From IMG/VR virus record IMGVR_UViG_3300030376_001142, positions 1-34,188 of that record: a stretch of DNA of 34,188 nt. One strand, written 5' to 3'. The notes below the pieces were generated by a model, which had not been told where the DNA came from, made no database searches, and saw only the letters and a list, made by a program, of their open reading frames with translations. The DNA comes from a virus (taxonomy: Duplodnaviria > Caudoviricetes). Shown here one piece after another: positions 33,440-34,188 of this stretch (positions are counted from its first letter, which is position 1; each line of letters begins with the position of its first letter). A program made the position numbers and the translations under genes.

Positions 33440-33668
33440 GCCGTTTTTTATAGTGTTTAAGAATGATTTTAGTCATCCGTACTGGATTGAAAAACTAATG
33501 CTGTATAAAGCAAAAAAGATTAAAAAACCTTCTCAATTTGAAATATGGAAAGAGTTTGACGATACAATGATTTGGGATTCTCCAATTTATGAGGTATTAG
33601 ATTATTTTGATAGTCGAGAAGCTGCAAAAAATTTTATTAAACTACAAATTAAGGGCAAACAACAATGA
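33429..33668 (+). CDS. Hypothetical early protein
   Basis: Start placed at ATG 33429; YFDSREAAKNFI; ATGA coupling. Confidence 0.65.
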   Translation: MKIKPFFIVFKNDFSHPYWIEKLMLYKAKKIKKPSQFEIWKEFDDTMIWDSPIYEVLDYFDSREAAKNFIKLQIKGKQQ

Positions 33669-33958
33669 TTAATTTAACTGATTTAGATTTAGCACGACAC
33701 CATCAATTTAAATTTAGACCTGGTAAGGATTTAGAGCCGTCGGCAAGGGTAGTTTCTGAGCTTGATATAGTGGTGTATATATACAACCACTCAGAGCAGT
33801 TAACATATGTCTACTGTGTGCCGCATGAGTACCAGCCACTACTACAACAAGCTATAAGCGACATACTGCTTGAGTTTCCTAGTGGCACAACGTACACAAT
33901 TAAACAAGCCAAGGATTGCCCGGGATTTCAACTAATACCAAAATATAGGTTTTTCTAA
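33665..33958 (+). CDS. Hypothetical early protein
   Basis: AAGGG SD; coupled to both neighbours. Confidence 0.65.
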   Translation: MINLTDLDLARHHQFKFRPGKDLEPSARVVSELDIVVYIYNHSEQLTYVYCVPHEYQPLLQQAISDILLEFPSGTTYTIKQAKDCPGFQLIPKYRFF

Positions 33959-34041
33959 TGAAAACATTTTTAATATTTATTTTACTTTTCATTATTCAAT
34001 CTTGTGCTATACTTTCACTTATCTATATTAATCAATTTTAA
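33958..34041 (+). CDS. 27-aa hydrophobic peptide
   Basis: TAATG coupling; MKTFLIFILLFIIQSCAILSLIYINQF; fills the gap to the next SD. Confidence 0.4.
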   Translation: MKTFLIFILLFIIQSCAILSLIYINQF

Positions 34042-34050
34042 GGAATCATT

Positions 34051-34188
34051 ATGACTAAATACGACATTATAACTAAAACATTAAAAAATTATGGTAGGCT
34101 CGACTCTGAGCAATTAAGACTTTTAAATTTATTAATTGAAGAAATTATAGACTTCGATAAACAACATTCTTTGTCCAATGGTTCTTTA
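34051..34188 (+). CDS. 5' part of the junction-spanning 67-aa hypothetical protein
   Basis: AAGGA SD, ATG 34051, open to the contig end and continuing through the overlap. Confidence 0.7.
   Translation, partial: MTKYDIITKTLKNYGRLDSEQLRLLNLLIEEIIDFDKQHSLSNGSL
34097..34188. repeat. Terminal overlap, right copy
   Basis: 89/92 identical to positions 1-92. Confidence 0.95.

Noticed and set aside
1-34188. Integrase, RNA polymerase, reverse transcriptase/DGR, introns, inteins or an alternative genetic code
   Set aside because: No such motifs; core genes are uninterrupted and of normal length, and dense tiling works with the standard code.

Overview
Apparently complete, circularly permuted genome (unit length about 34,096 bp; the last 92 nt repeat the first 92 nt) of an AT-rich lytic podovirus with a T7-like replisome but no RNA polymerase and no integrase. 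The organisation resembles SIO1/cobavirus/Zobellviridae phages. The + strand arm carries small early genes, primase-helicase, a C5 DNA methyltransferase, PolA, SSB, exonuclease, resolvase, a metallophosphoesterase and a class II (B12) ribonucleotide reductase. The - strand arm carries terminase, portal, scaffold, capsid, tail/fibre, internal virion proteins, holin and an M15 endolysin. The most unusual part is the ~1 kb divergent control region (31160-32185), the likely genome-end region. It packs 4-6 sigma54 (RpoN) -24/-12 sites, four tandem NtrC-type boxes and Fur boxes between consensus sigma70 promoters, followed by a ~350 nt highly base-paired leader or ncRNA. Other notable features are a tRNA-like cloverleaf before the methyltransferase, a second gene nested in the +1 frame of the methyltransferase (M.EcoHK31I-beta-like), tandem TRD-like modules in that enzyme and a papain-fold protein as the first early gene. 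All protein calls come from motif recognition by eye, not from database searches.
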